The translations under genes were made by a program, and so were the position numbers. From assembly GCF_009834535.1 (NCBI RefSeq), contig NC_045700.1, forward strand, positions 93,000,001 to 93,064,000: DNA of 64,000 nt. Reading direction: 5' to 3'. Under the pieces are notes generated by a model. The model ran no database searches and had not been told where the DNA came from. It saw nothing but the letters and a program-made list of their open reading frames with translations. Of the stretch, positions 11,700 to 22,715 are shown one piece after another. The stretch is from Camelus ferus. Lineage: Eukaryota. Every line of letters begins with the position of its first letter. Position 1 is the first letter of the stretch.

Positions 11700-12129
11700 T
11701 ATCTCTCTCCTCTCACTTCGCTTATTTATTTTGTCCCATTTTACATCCCTATTTCAACCACCCCCATCAAGTCAACCATGCCAGGGGGTCGGTATGCATC
11801 CTTTATTTTAACGTATCTTTAAAAAGCGCACATTCCCTGGGATGTGCCTTTTTGACTCCTGCAAGTAGGGTTGTGTTGCATAGCTGCTGCTTACGTTGTT
11901 CATGCTGCACTATTTAAGACACATCCGTGCTGCCAAGTGAGCATCTCCTCCATCATTTTTAAGTACTACACAGATCTACATGCCGTGTCTGTCTGCCACA
12001 TTCTACCTCTCCACCCTCCAGGGTTAGGCGCTGTGGTTGGCTTCATCTCCCCACCATGCACACGCACACACATGCACACATGCATGCCTTGCCAACAATC
12101 TCCTGCTTGTGCACCAGGGCATAGCCAAG

Positions 12130-12185
<56 letters not shown>

Positions 12186-12480
12186 CCAGAAGCAGTAACT
12201 GATGAAGAACCTAGCGTTCATCCGATGAATTCTGCCAGATTGCTCCCCCACGGATGTATCGGTCTACACTCCCCTGACCAGTGCACGAGGGGTTCCCACA
12301 TCCCACATCCCTGCCAGCACTAGCAATAGCCAGCTTCTAATTTTCTAATTTTCTAACAGATTTAAAGGGAGATCTCCCTGTGGTTTCCATTTGCATTTCT
12401 TTTTTTTTATGAAAGAGTCAAAGTATCTCTTCACATGATGGTTACTCTGCGTTTCCTATAAGTTGACAATTCATATAGTC
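11700..12480 (-). mobile_element. Old L1M fragments
   Basis: gccagattgctcccc, cactcccctgaccagtgcacgagggg, catccctgccagcact, ccctgtggtttccatttgcatttc. Confidence 0.65.
12132..12183 (+). repeat. (GT)26 microsatellite
   Basis: Perfect 52-nt GT run. Confidence 0.98.
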
Positions 12481-13149
12481 TTCTTGTTGATTTGCAGTAT
12501 TTCCTTATTTATTCTAAATATTTTTTCCCTTTTCAGTTTTAGGCATTACAGATGTGTCTTCTTTCACTGTTACATATTTTTATTAACTAGGTGGTTGTCT
12601 TTTTAAACAACTCAGTTAAACCACATGCTGTACAGCTCGCCCAGCCACCTAGGTCGTGGTGCTTCCCTCGGACGGTCTTTGTCACTTCTGAGAGCACATG
12701 GGCCTCAGCACTTTTGCTTACTAATTTTAGGAAAGCTTCAACATGAATACATTTTGCTCAAATATTAGGCAACATTCCGTTTCAGAATTTGTCATGTTTT
12801 TTGCAGGCGGCAGTTAGTGTGTGTGCGTCCATTAATTCACTCCGCAAGTGTTGGCCAACTTCTGTGTGCCAAGCACTGTAATGGGGGTTTATTGCATAGA
12901 TGCCCACACACGTCAACACGGGGAAGCAAGAAAAGCCAGGGTGGGGATTCAGGACGCCTGGTGTATCCATCAGGGACCCGGCAGGAAGCACAGTTCAGAT
13001 GGAAAACTCTAGTGAGAGGACTCCTTGCCTTGCCCAGAGGCATGGGCAGGGCTCAGGGACCACACAGGAGATGGTGGGGAATCCAGAGATTGGCCACAGA
13101 GGGCAGTGTCGCCATCCCTAGGACCAAGGGGACGACCGAGCACAGATGA

Positions 13150-13400
13150 GAGCTGGAACCGGAGAGAAGGGAGCAGCCATTGTGAAGACGCAGAGCTGCA
13201 CCAGAGACAGGGTGTCAGAACAGGGAGCAGGCGGGAGGAACACCCCCAGGCTCTCTGTCTTCCCCCAGCCCTCTCATCTAGTGCCAATGCCTCCCAATGG
13301 CCAAAAGCAAACAGAAGCCAGCCTGGAAGGGAGCTCAGGAGATGCTGCTCTGGGGGGTTAGTCTCCAGGGGCACAGAGAAGACAGAGAAAAGCAGAGACC
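13150..13400. mobile_element. Ancient ERVL/MaLR-type LTR fragment
   Basis: cagccctctcatctagtgccaatgcctcccaatggccaaaagcaaacagaagccagcctggaagggagctcaggagatgc and ggttagtctccaggggcacagag. Confidence 0.6.
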
Positions 13401-16250
13401 GGGTCCTGCTAGGGTGGGAGCGGGGAACCGAGGATAACCAGCCTGCCTGCTTTCCAGCCTGGCTCTGTCGTCAAATGGCTTGGCTTCCTCGGGCTTTCTG
13501 CAGGCTTTTGTTTTTTCTCACCCTCAAATGAACCGTGTAGCTGAAATCTACTACTTTAAGGATGACCTCTACCATCTATTTCAATTTGAATAATCTATGG
13601 TTTGAGATAGAGACATCAAAATAGAAACATGCATATCATTTATATTCAACACACCACCAAGCCATATGTTTGTTTTCTGTAAATACATGAACTGCTGTGA
13701 AGACGCGGCTTTCCAGGGACCCCTAAGAATAAATAGATCTCCTGGGTTTCCCTGGGTACGCATAACTCAAAGCCGACTTCCGTGAGTTAAGAGGAAAATC
13801 AACAGATCAGAGCACATTCTAGTGGGTGGTCTGGCCTGATTTCTCTGATGGGCAGCGGGGGAACGACTGTTCAGACTTCCTCAGGATTTTCATCTTTCCT
13901 TGGACAGCTGTCATAAAAATAGTGAAGCTTCGTGACGCTCACTGTACTCTAACGGCAGCCTCCTCTCCTCACAAGCTATAAATTCACTGCCAAGACAGAG
14001 AGTTTCCAACATGCATCCGAGGAAGAGTTTTGCAAAGGGCGAGGGCTGTATTAGTATTTCCCCCCGTGCCTCACAGGGGAAATGAAATGAGATGAGAACA
14101 CTCTGCTCGTGTCCCAGAGACGGCAGGGGAACCTGACTGTTGCCAGCATGACATTATTTCAGTCTAGGGGACAGTCTAGTAATACCTCTGAACAGAAAGA
14201 GACAGCCATCGGCAACCAATAACAATACCGTGATGCATCTGGAGAGTGTGACGGAAGCCAGCTTTCCACTGTTTGCTGACAATCTCCGTTGTTAGCCCTC
14301 TGGCCCTCAGCTCAGAGCTGCCGCCCTGGCTAAGCAGCGTCTCCTAGACTCGTGCCCCTGGGACGGCTCCTTCCTTAGCAGCGACATCTTCACCCCTCCC
14401 CTGGTGCCACTGCCAGTTTCCGGGACAGAGTTATTGGAGAAAAATCGTAATTACCGATTGAAAAATGCTGGTTGCTAATTCAAAACTGTATACATGCATG
14501 GAAATTTCTGGAGGGCAACAGCGTAACCCCTTGGAAATAACAGGAGTTCCAGGAAGGAGGACTGAGCTCCAGGAGCAGGATGAAGAATTTTATCTTCATT
14601 AGCCATCCTTCCATTCTGTCCACATTTGGAACATGTGCGTGCATTACTTTTTTAATTAAAAACACTCTGCTATGACACTCAACCGCAGTACAAGCTCTGG
14701 TCCTCGGGTTTTCAATGAGAAGGTGTTTGCCATAGAATGACTTGCAGAGACTCTGTGATGTGTTTGCGTGGATCCCACAACCCAGTGAAGGTGTGATGAA
14801 TGAGTTTACTTAGCATTCATAGAATCATATTAAATAAAATCAAAAGGCTATAAACCATCCGCAGAAGGGCCATCTCCGCGTGCACCGACAGGCTCTCAGA
14901 TTGCTTCGCCGGAAGCGGTAGTCGATGACATCCAAACAGAGTGGCAGGTCTTGCAAGTTGTTAGCTGAGCCGGAGGATGGACGTGCCTCCTGCGGGAGAG
15001 GACGTTATTGTGGGTGGCATAGCCACGGCCGGCTCTTCCTTTTTGCATGACATTTCCGCTGGTAGATTTCTTTTGGTTTCAAGGTCTCCCATCAGCCCCT
15101 GACTTATATCCAAAGAGTGGAAAGAGAGCTCTCACCTGCTGGGAGCCTGCAGACGGCCCGGGATTTGGATATAGTCAAGCACTCTCTCCACCACCTTACT
15201 ACTCAGGGTCGCTCCCTATGGGAAGGAATTTGTGGCCTCCAGCAGTCATGATTTTGGAAATACTGCACCTTGACCATTTAACCTTTGGACCCAAGCCCAT
15301 GATGGCCTATGCTCTGAGTGTCCTCTTGGTTGCTAGTTTTAGGTTCTGACAGCCCCCTCTCCATCCAGCCCCATCCCAACATCCTGACCCCATCCTCTTT
15401 CACAAGCTCTTCAACTCCAGCTCTAGTCCTAACTCTCGAATTTGACCATGTCCCCCCGACTTCAGATGCTACCACTCCTTGGAGCAAAAGGTCTAGGTCA
15501 CCTGTGTTCCAAGAAAAATGTGCTGGAAATGAATTCAAATTTTTAAGTAAATAGAATGAGGAAAGAAATCTGGGGGAAAATTGACCAAAAAATGGTTGCA
15601 AAACCATCTGTGTGGTGCCCAAAAACTACCAATATTGAAACAATTGTGGGCTACCATTGACACAGCTGTCGTCTCAACCAAATGGTTGTGTTGACCAATT
15701 TGTTCTCTGCCATCTGCTTTTAGGCAAACTGTTTTCAGCCATAATGTTTGCTGTCCTGTCCCTCAGCCAGATCTTCATCCCACCTTGTCATGTCACACTG
15801 TCACCTTTAACTCTGCCTCCCTCACCAACCCAACCTCCACTCCCAACACCTTCTCACCACCAAGCACCCTTGTGAGGTCAGACATGAGCCAGTAATTAAG
15901 GAAAGTCCATTTTCTGCAGAAGAACCTGAAGCCACTTAACAAGGTGTTGAAGATTTCCATGCTCTTGGCCAATGAACTCCACTAGCTAGAGGGCCATGTG
16001 AATGGAGAACCTGGATTGGAGTCCCTCCTGCCCCATCTCAACCCACCCGCCTCAGGCTGGGGGTAAAACACCTGAGTCCACTCGTCCCTGTGGTGGCCAG
16101 CCTCCTGCACCTCCCTTCCGGCCCCATAATTAAAACTCTATTTAAGCCTCCCCTAAGCTCACCTACACCCAGCACTCCTCCCACCCCTCCGTTCAATGAA
16201 TTACTTGATATCTCTCATTTGGGGCTTTAACTTAACTCTCTCCTCTCCAG

Positions 16251-16305
16251 GTGTGATTCGGAAGATGGCCACTGAGATACCACAGCACCTGGGATGTACT
16301 GTCAC
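16251..16305 (+). other. Candidate exon (55 nt) with an ATG in strong Kozak context
   Basis: Branch-like cttaac, tctctcctctccAG acceptor; aagATGg at 16265; donor CAC|GTGAGT at 16306. Confidence 0.45.
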
Positions 16306-16572
16306 GTGAGTCCCACACAGAACATCTTCATCCTACAAAATTTTTCTCGATCTAGGGGACAAGTCCCAGAATAAGGACGTCCTGAAGTCACATTAAAGAC
16401 CATCCAGTAGGTCACTGCCAGCTAATATTGTTTCTTCCCCTCTGGTTTGTGATTTTTATCTAGTTTTGAAATCTGTCTCCATAAACTAAAAACCAGAGGG
16501 TGAAAGCTGCAGAAAGAGTCACAGAACACTACACAATTGGAGTATCTTTGTCAGACTCTCCGACACATAAAT

Positions 16573-17073
16573 TGGGGTGGGAAACACCATAAAAAGACCC
16601 GCAGGCCCCCCAAGCAGGGCCACTACTCTCCTGCCAGCACCACCCGGCTCCCTGGCCCAGAGGCTCTCTCTCACTTTTTGCCTCTGAAACAGCTTACTTA
16701 CCCCTAAAATTCTATTGGTTCCCTGAGCTCACTCCTGATTGGTTATTTCTTTCCCTCCTAATTGGTCTATTTCTACAAAGCTTGTTCCTAGTTGGTCAAC
16801 TTTTGTTATTCTTTATTTGCATATGATGTTGCAAAGTCTAAACTGGCAGCCTATAAAGGCCTGTGTAAACCTACAGACGGGGTCCAGAACTTGGAGTGTT
16901 AACTCCTCTGGGCCCGCTGGTGTAATAAACCTGAGTTTTCCAACTCTCCGAGTGCTGCTTGGTCTCCCGCCTGGATCCAGGTTGCTGTCACAACTGAGCT
17001 GTAACACCGAGCTTTAACACCGAGACATAACATCGAGCTATAACACTGAGCTGTAACACATTTTTCTGCAACA
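16573..17073 (+). mobile_element. ERV1-class solo LTR, copy A
   Basis: TG...CA termini, 4-bp TSD aaat/aagt, TATA ctataaagg at 16851, AATAAA 16924-16929, octamer atttgcat 16815-16822; homologous to 19418-19985. Confidence 0.88.
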
Positions 17074-17654
17074 AAGTGACCTGATACATCATAGTCCAAC
17101 TTGCCCAGAGGGACAGATGACGTCTCCATCAGCCTCTGCTTGAAGACCTGGGGAGGCAGGCACTCCCTTTCCCATTTTGGCCCCACCTCTGCTTGGATCC
17201 TTCATGTCTTACTTATTCCTTTGTTTTTCACACACAAAATGTCTTAATTTTTCCATTGCAATTTTTTTCCTCCTCCCTTTATCAGACACCTTATTTATTA
17301 ATTACAGGTCTTTGTTATGTCCTGAGTCTTTATCTCTACCCGTAAATGGTATTACTGAAGATTATTTTACTTCTTAGCTACAAAAACTTACTGTCTTAGG
17401 CAGAAAGGAGAAATACTGGAAGAGTGACAGTTGATGTCATGGCAGGAGGGAATGGCCTACCTAAGCATGGAGAAGTGGGGGCTCAGCTGAAACCACCGAA
17501 ACAGGACTCAGATGCCACCTGTCTTTCCCATTCTTCTCGCATCTCAGCCTCCTCTGCCCTCAGCCTCGTTCCCCTCACTCTAGGCTGCTTTCCCCACGTG
17601 GCCAGAAATACGGTGGCCAGCAGCAATGAGGGTCTCCCACTATCAGAGGCCTCT

Positions 17655-18215
17655 CTCTCTAACTTACTTCACTTAGTATGATCATCTCTAGGTCCATCCA
17701 TGTTGCTGCAAGTGGCATTACTTGTTAGGGCTAACAGCCCATTATAAATATATACCACAACTTCTTTCTCCAGTGGTCTGTCAGTGGACACGCAGGTGCT
17801 TCCGTGTCTTGGTTATTGTAAATAGTGCTGTTATGAACACTGGGGGTGCATGAGTCTTTTCGGATTATAGTTTTCTCTGAATATATGCCCAGGAGTGGGA
17901 TTGCTGGATCATATGGTAAGTCTATTTTTAGTTTTTTAAGGAACCTCCATACTATTCTCTGTAGTGGCTGCAGCAATTTAAATTTTCGCCAGCAGTGCAG
18001 GAGGGTTCCCTTTTCTCCACACCCTCCCCACCATTTACTATTTGTGGAATTTTTGATGATGGTCATTCTGACCGCTGTGAGGTGATACCTCATTGTAGTT
18101 TTGATTTGCATTTCTCCAATAATCGGTGATGTTGAGCATCTTTTCATGTGCCTGTTGGCCATCTCTGTGTCTTCTTTGGCGAAATGTCTATTTAGGTGTT
18201 CTGCCCATTTTTTGA
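17655..18215 (-). mobile_element. L1 ORF2 C-terminal fragment (dead)
   Basis: ORF 17731..18162 reads MKRCSTS...[10 protein letters not shown]...[11 protein letters not shown]...[13 protein letters not shown], the L1 ORF2p cysteine-rich C-terminus. Confidence 0.95.
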
Positions 18216-19417
18216 CTGAAACTCAGTTCCACTCTTGACACACAAAGAACCATCAGCTTTGGACACACCCAGAGGCCTTGGCACGTATGAGATCTCACTG
18301 GAGTAGGAGACAAGAGGTGGAGCCCAGAGCAGAACAGGAAAAAAATAAGGTGGATACATAGAGTATTGCAGACAGTTTTAGGAGGTTCCCATGGTGACTT
18401 TCCATGAAGCCAGTCTAAGAGTCCAAATTAAGAACCACTGGAAATATATCTTCCTTGTATTTTTCCATTAAATCTGCTCATCTCAATGGGTTGTAGACAC
18501 CAGCCAAAAAAGGAGAGCTGTAGGCATCTTAAGATGATCATGGCACCCAGCCTGACTTTCTTTGCTGGTTATGACCCTGATCTCATGCTGAACTTCTACA
18601 CCCTTGATACCACTGTCCTGATTTCAGTGCTGCCTCTCACCATTTATGCATGGAGTGTAAGTCCTTGATCACCGCATCCTTTGAGTCTCAGAGAATCACC
18701 CCCTCCCCAATACAATTTCCTGTCCTCAGACACTTGATGGGTACCCAGGTCAGGCAAGCCAAGCCCTCCCATAAAATGGGCTTTTGGAGTAATGGGTGGG
18801 CTTTGACCCAGGTAGTGGTCACTATCTCAGTTCCCAAGCCTCAGAAGTAATGGAGAAAAATTTCCCCAAACTCCGTACAGTCCACTCCTTTTTTTCCTCT
18901 CTCATAATGATTACAATTATAAAAATGTCTACTTTTATTTTGGTCTGTTGATCAGTATTTCTAAACTGTCGTAAACAATTCCAACTCTAGTATGTAGACA
19001 CCAACTACAATCTATCTGTGTAAGTTACAACAGTCAGTCCTTTCTTGAACTCCAGGCTCCAATGCTAAATCTGGCTTTGTGACAAGAGAACCGATTAATG
19101 ACCAAAAGCTAATGTTTGCTGAGTATGAGTATTTCAGTTCATTTCTGTAACTGTTCTCCTTTGCCACATTTTATCTAAAGTCATCCCCAACAACTTTCCA
19201 TTTTGGTGGTGAGACTTACCCACACATGAGTGTCTGCATCACACCAAGAACTGTCAAGTGTTCCCATATGGCTCCTGGTTTATTTCCCACCTCCAATGGT
19301 GCTAACCCCTCTCATTAGCTTTCCAAAAGCCAGAGTAGACATTCTCCCCTGGTGTGGTAACCATAAACTTGGCCTAGATCCCTTCTGGTAACAAGGAAAG
19401 AACGTTCTCCTACCCAT

Positions 19418-19985
19418 TGTTGCAGAAAAATGTGTTACAGCCCGCTGTTACAGGTCAGTTGTCACAGCAACTTGGATCCGAGTTCGAGCCCAAACAGCAC
19501 TTGCCGACATGGAAAAACTGAGGTTTATTACACCACCAGCTGCATAGCAGTTAACACTCCAAGCTTTGGCCCCCATCTACTGCGTCACACAGGCCTTTTA
19601 TAGGCTGCCAGTTTTAAACTTTGCAACATCATATGCAAATAAAGTATAACAGAAGTTGACCAACCAGGAACAAGCTTTGTAGAACTAGACCAATCAGGAG
19701 TGAGCTCCATGCAAATGAAGTACTACAAACGGACCAATCAGAAGTTAGGAAAGTGGACCAATCAGAAATGAGAATAATAACCAATCAGGAGTGAGAGTAA
19801 TAACCAATCAGGAGTGAGGGAAATAACCAATCAGGGAACCAATAGAATTCTAGGTGTAAGTTAGCCACTTAAGAGGCAAAAAGTGAGATAAAGCCTCTGG
19901 GCCAGGGAACTGGGCGGTGCTGGCGGGGAGAACAGCGGCTCTGCTTAGGGGTCCTGCCGGTCTTTTTATGGGGCTTCCCGCCTCA
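19418..19985 (-). mobile_element. ERV1-class solo LTR, copy B (same family as copy A, inverted)
   Basis: Minus strand tgaggcggg...tttttctgcaaca; perfect 4-bp TSD ccat (19414-19417, 19986-19989); minus-strand TATA at 19596-19602; 7 CCAAT boxes and 2 ATGCAAAT. Confidence 0.9.
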
Positions 19986-20804
19986 CCATTAAAAGACTAT
20001 GGCACTTTCTTTCAACCATCCATCACTGCTCAATAGATTTCCATTAGGAACCTGACGCTCCCCAGCAACTCCCTAGAAACAGAATCTTACCTGAAATTTC
20101 ATAAGGCTTTCCAGAAATTGTTTTCTAAAAGACTTCATTCCTTCCCAACATTTTTACCCTCAAGGAAATAATTTCCCTTTATTGCTTTTTCTGATCACAA
20201 AAGTAATACAAGCTTGCTTTAGGAAACTCAAGCAATATACAGATATGAAAGCAGAAAGTCCTAGCACCCCCCAGCCCCCCACCCCACCCTTGCCAAGGAA
20301 GTGTCCCAGCAAACATTATTAAACAAGGCTGGTCTGCTGTTGTTGTTCTTGCTGTTTTTCAATGAAGTTTAAGTTACTTTAATGGACAATAAGTAGCCAA
20401 ACTGGTTTTCAGTGCCAAAAATAGAAAATGACTTCCCTTTATTTTTAAGAAAGTTACTTACTACCAGAATACCTGAATCCTAGGTTCTTTTGTGGTTGTT
20501 TTCCTCTCTTTCTTAGGTGATAAATGTTCGCTTTATCTTGAATTTCAACTTTCTACACATTAGAACTTGTGTTCCCTGAGAACAGGTTAGAATGATACCG
20601 AGGGAAGCGTAGACCACGTGGGAAGAAGTGGAGGACGTCAGCCCAGTCCAGTGAGCTGTGCTGTAAGGTCAGGTGTGGAGTCTGAAATGAGGTTAGCGTA
20701 AAGGACCGAGATGATGTGGTCACTCAGAAGCCATCACCCCGAGAAGATGAGCCGGAATCTTCTGTACCTGAAAACAGAAAAGCTGCTTTTTTAACCTGAT
20801 TGAG

Positions 20805-21112
20805 GTTTGTATCACATGATATCGCTTACATGTGGAATGTTTAAAAATGGGACCAATGAACTTATTTACAAACAGAATAGACTCACAGACAAAGAAAACA
20901 GACTTGTCGTTCAAAGGGGAAAGTGAGGGATGGGGGATAAATTAGGAGTTTGGGATTAACAAATACGCATTACTGTATATAAAATAGATAAACAAAAAGG
21001 ACCTACTGTAGAGCACAGGGAACTATATTCAATGACTTATAATAACCCATAATGGAAAAGAATCTGAATATATAATGTATGTATAACTGAATTACTTTGC
21101 TGTGCACCTAAA
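20805..21112 (+). mobile_element. L1 3' end lacking its final ~40 nt and tail
   Basis: acatgatatcgcttacatgtggaat, aacagaatagactcacagac, ggagtttgggattaacaaatac, tgtataactgaattactttgctgtgcacct, then an abrupt switch to MLT1. Confidence 0.9.
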
Positions 21113-21114
21113 AT

Positions 21115-21317
21115 ATGTCTCCTGTCTGCGTCCAGATTTCCCTCTTTTTATAGGGACAAGAGTCACAGTGGATCCATTTAGGATCCACCCTAACCCAGTA
21201 TAACTTCGTTTTAGCTTGATTACATCTTCAGGACCCTATTTCCAAATCAGGTCACATTCACAGGTCCCAGTGGACCTTAATTTGAGGGGTAGGAGGGACA
21301 CCGTTCAACCTAGTACA
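21115..21317 (-). mobile_element. MLT1 (MaLR) LTR, partial
   Basis: ccagatttccctctttttatagggac, accctatttccaaatcaggtcacattcacagg, gggacaccgttcaacctagtaca. Confidence 0.85.
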
Positions 21318-22019
21318 GTCTGTAACTGTTTAGAAGGCAGCGTCTGTTTTAAACTGCCGCCTGAAATTTTCACATGAAGGTAACCTTGAGTCCATTTTTG
21401 GTCAGCTGGTTGTTTATCTGAGAAGGTTTCTCATACACAGAAATACTCCCAGGATAAAGAGGAACTCGACCAATTTAAAGTCAACTCACTCTCAGAAAGA
21501 ACCTACACTCTGAAAACAGGGTCTGAGAAGAGAGGCGACCTCTCAGTCTGATACTCATTTGCGTCACGTGGTGTTCAACCATCCCCTTCAGCCTGGGACT
21601 TCAGTTTCAGTACCCAAAGTCCTGAGTCCTGGGAACCCCTCGCTACTGGGCCCACTGGGACAGCTGGTCACCCCACTCCGCCTATGTGAAGGCAACGCAG
21701 CCTTGAAGAAATCAAGACATTACCAGAATGTAAGCGGCATCATGGAATATCCACCCCACGCACCTGCTCTTAAAGCGTGCTTCTACTCAATTAAAAGATT
21801 AAAAGCTGGATTGGAATCTTGGATGAGTGTCAACACACGGTCAGCCCTCAATAAATACATCCTAACTGGCTGAGTGAATGTCTGCGATAAAACATAATAT
21901 GACATGCAGTGTGACTGAAGAAAAACCAGAGGTCTGGAGCTCTGTCCCTGCAGGTGACACGCACCCTGTCTCAGGCCCAGAATGTTACCATCCAGAGGTT
22001 CTTTTCCTTGCGATCTTTT

Positions 22020-22290
22020 TAAAAATTTTTTTTTCATTTTTAAAGCACTTTATTGAGATATGGCTCACATATGAAAGCTCTACACACTTAATGTGTCGAT
22101 GATTTGGGGGCCTAGTCTCCACCTGTGAAAGCATCCCCACCATCAAGGCCATAAACATATCCACCACCTCCCAAAGCTTCCTCCCACCCTGTCTGCTATT
22201 ATTATTAGTGTTAAGGCTACTTAACGTAAGATCTACCCCCTTAGAAAAATGTAAGTACGCGGTAGTGTACTGTTAGGTCCAGTTGAAACT
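22020..22290 (-). mobile_element. Old L1M 3' end
   Basis: ctttattgagatatggctcacata, ccaccatcaaggccataaacatatccaccacctccc. Confidence 0.7.
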
Positions 22291-22559
22291 CTCCTCCGTA
22301 CAGGTGCCCTCGGGAGGAGGAAATGCCGTCAGCTGTAAACTGCGGTCTGAGGCAGTGAGCCCGGAGTCCACTGCCCTGCGGGGACCCAAGGGAACAGCAG
22401 AAGCCAGTGAGGGCAGAGGGCCTGAGGCTCGGAATGTTCAGACAAAGCCTCTAGTACAGAGTCTAATATCCAAAGCACTTGGAGGGGTTTGTCGGTCCCT
22501 CGCATGGAAGAGAATGAACAGGATTTTTATCTCAGCTCCTGGCGCTGGTACTCATTCTG

Positions 22560-22715
22560 CACCTTGGGGCAGGCAAGTCACTTAATCTCCCTGGACATGG
22601 GTTTCCTCAGCTGGAAAATGAGAAGCATAATCTGTACCTCCTGGAGTCGCACGTTTCATCTGAAGTATGTTAAGTCCTGTGCATCTCGAAAGCACAGTTT
22701 AAATATAGTGTATTA
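22560..22715 (+). mobile_element. MIR SINE
   Basis: ggcaagtcacttaatctccctggacatgggtttcctcagctggaaaatgagaagcataat (MIR core). Confidence 0.75.

Noticed and set aside
14780-15010. Minus-strand exon after tcctctcccgcAG (~14990)
   Set aside because: Plausible acceptor, but no donor, no recognisable peptide in any frame and only a weak downstream poly(A) word.
16437-16500. miRNA-like hairpin (ccctctggttt ... aaaccagaggg)
   Set aside because: Only an 11-bp stem with a large, poorly paired interior; not pre-miRNA-like.
16573-19985. Single provirus with two LTRs
   Set aside because: The LTRs are inverted, each has its own TSD, and the interior is L1/L2/CR1-like with no PBS or gag/pol.
20590-20770. 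Minus-strand coding exon after ttttctgttttcAG (~20768)
   Set aside because: All three frames stop within about 50 nt and the donor is weak.
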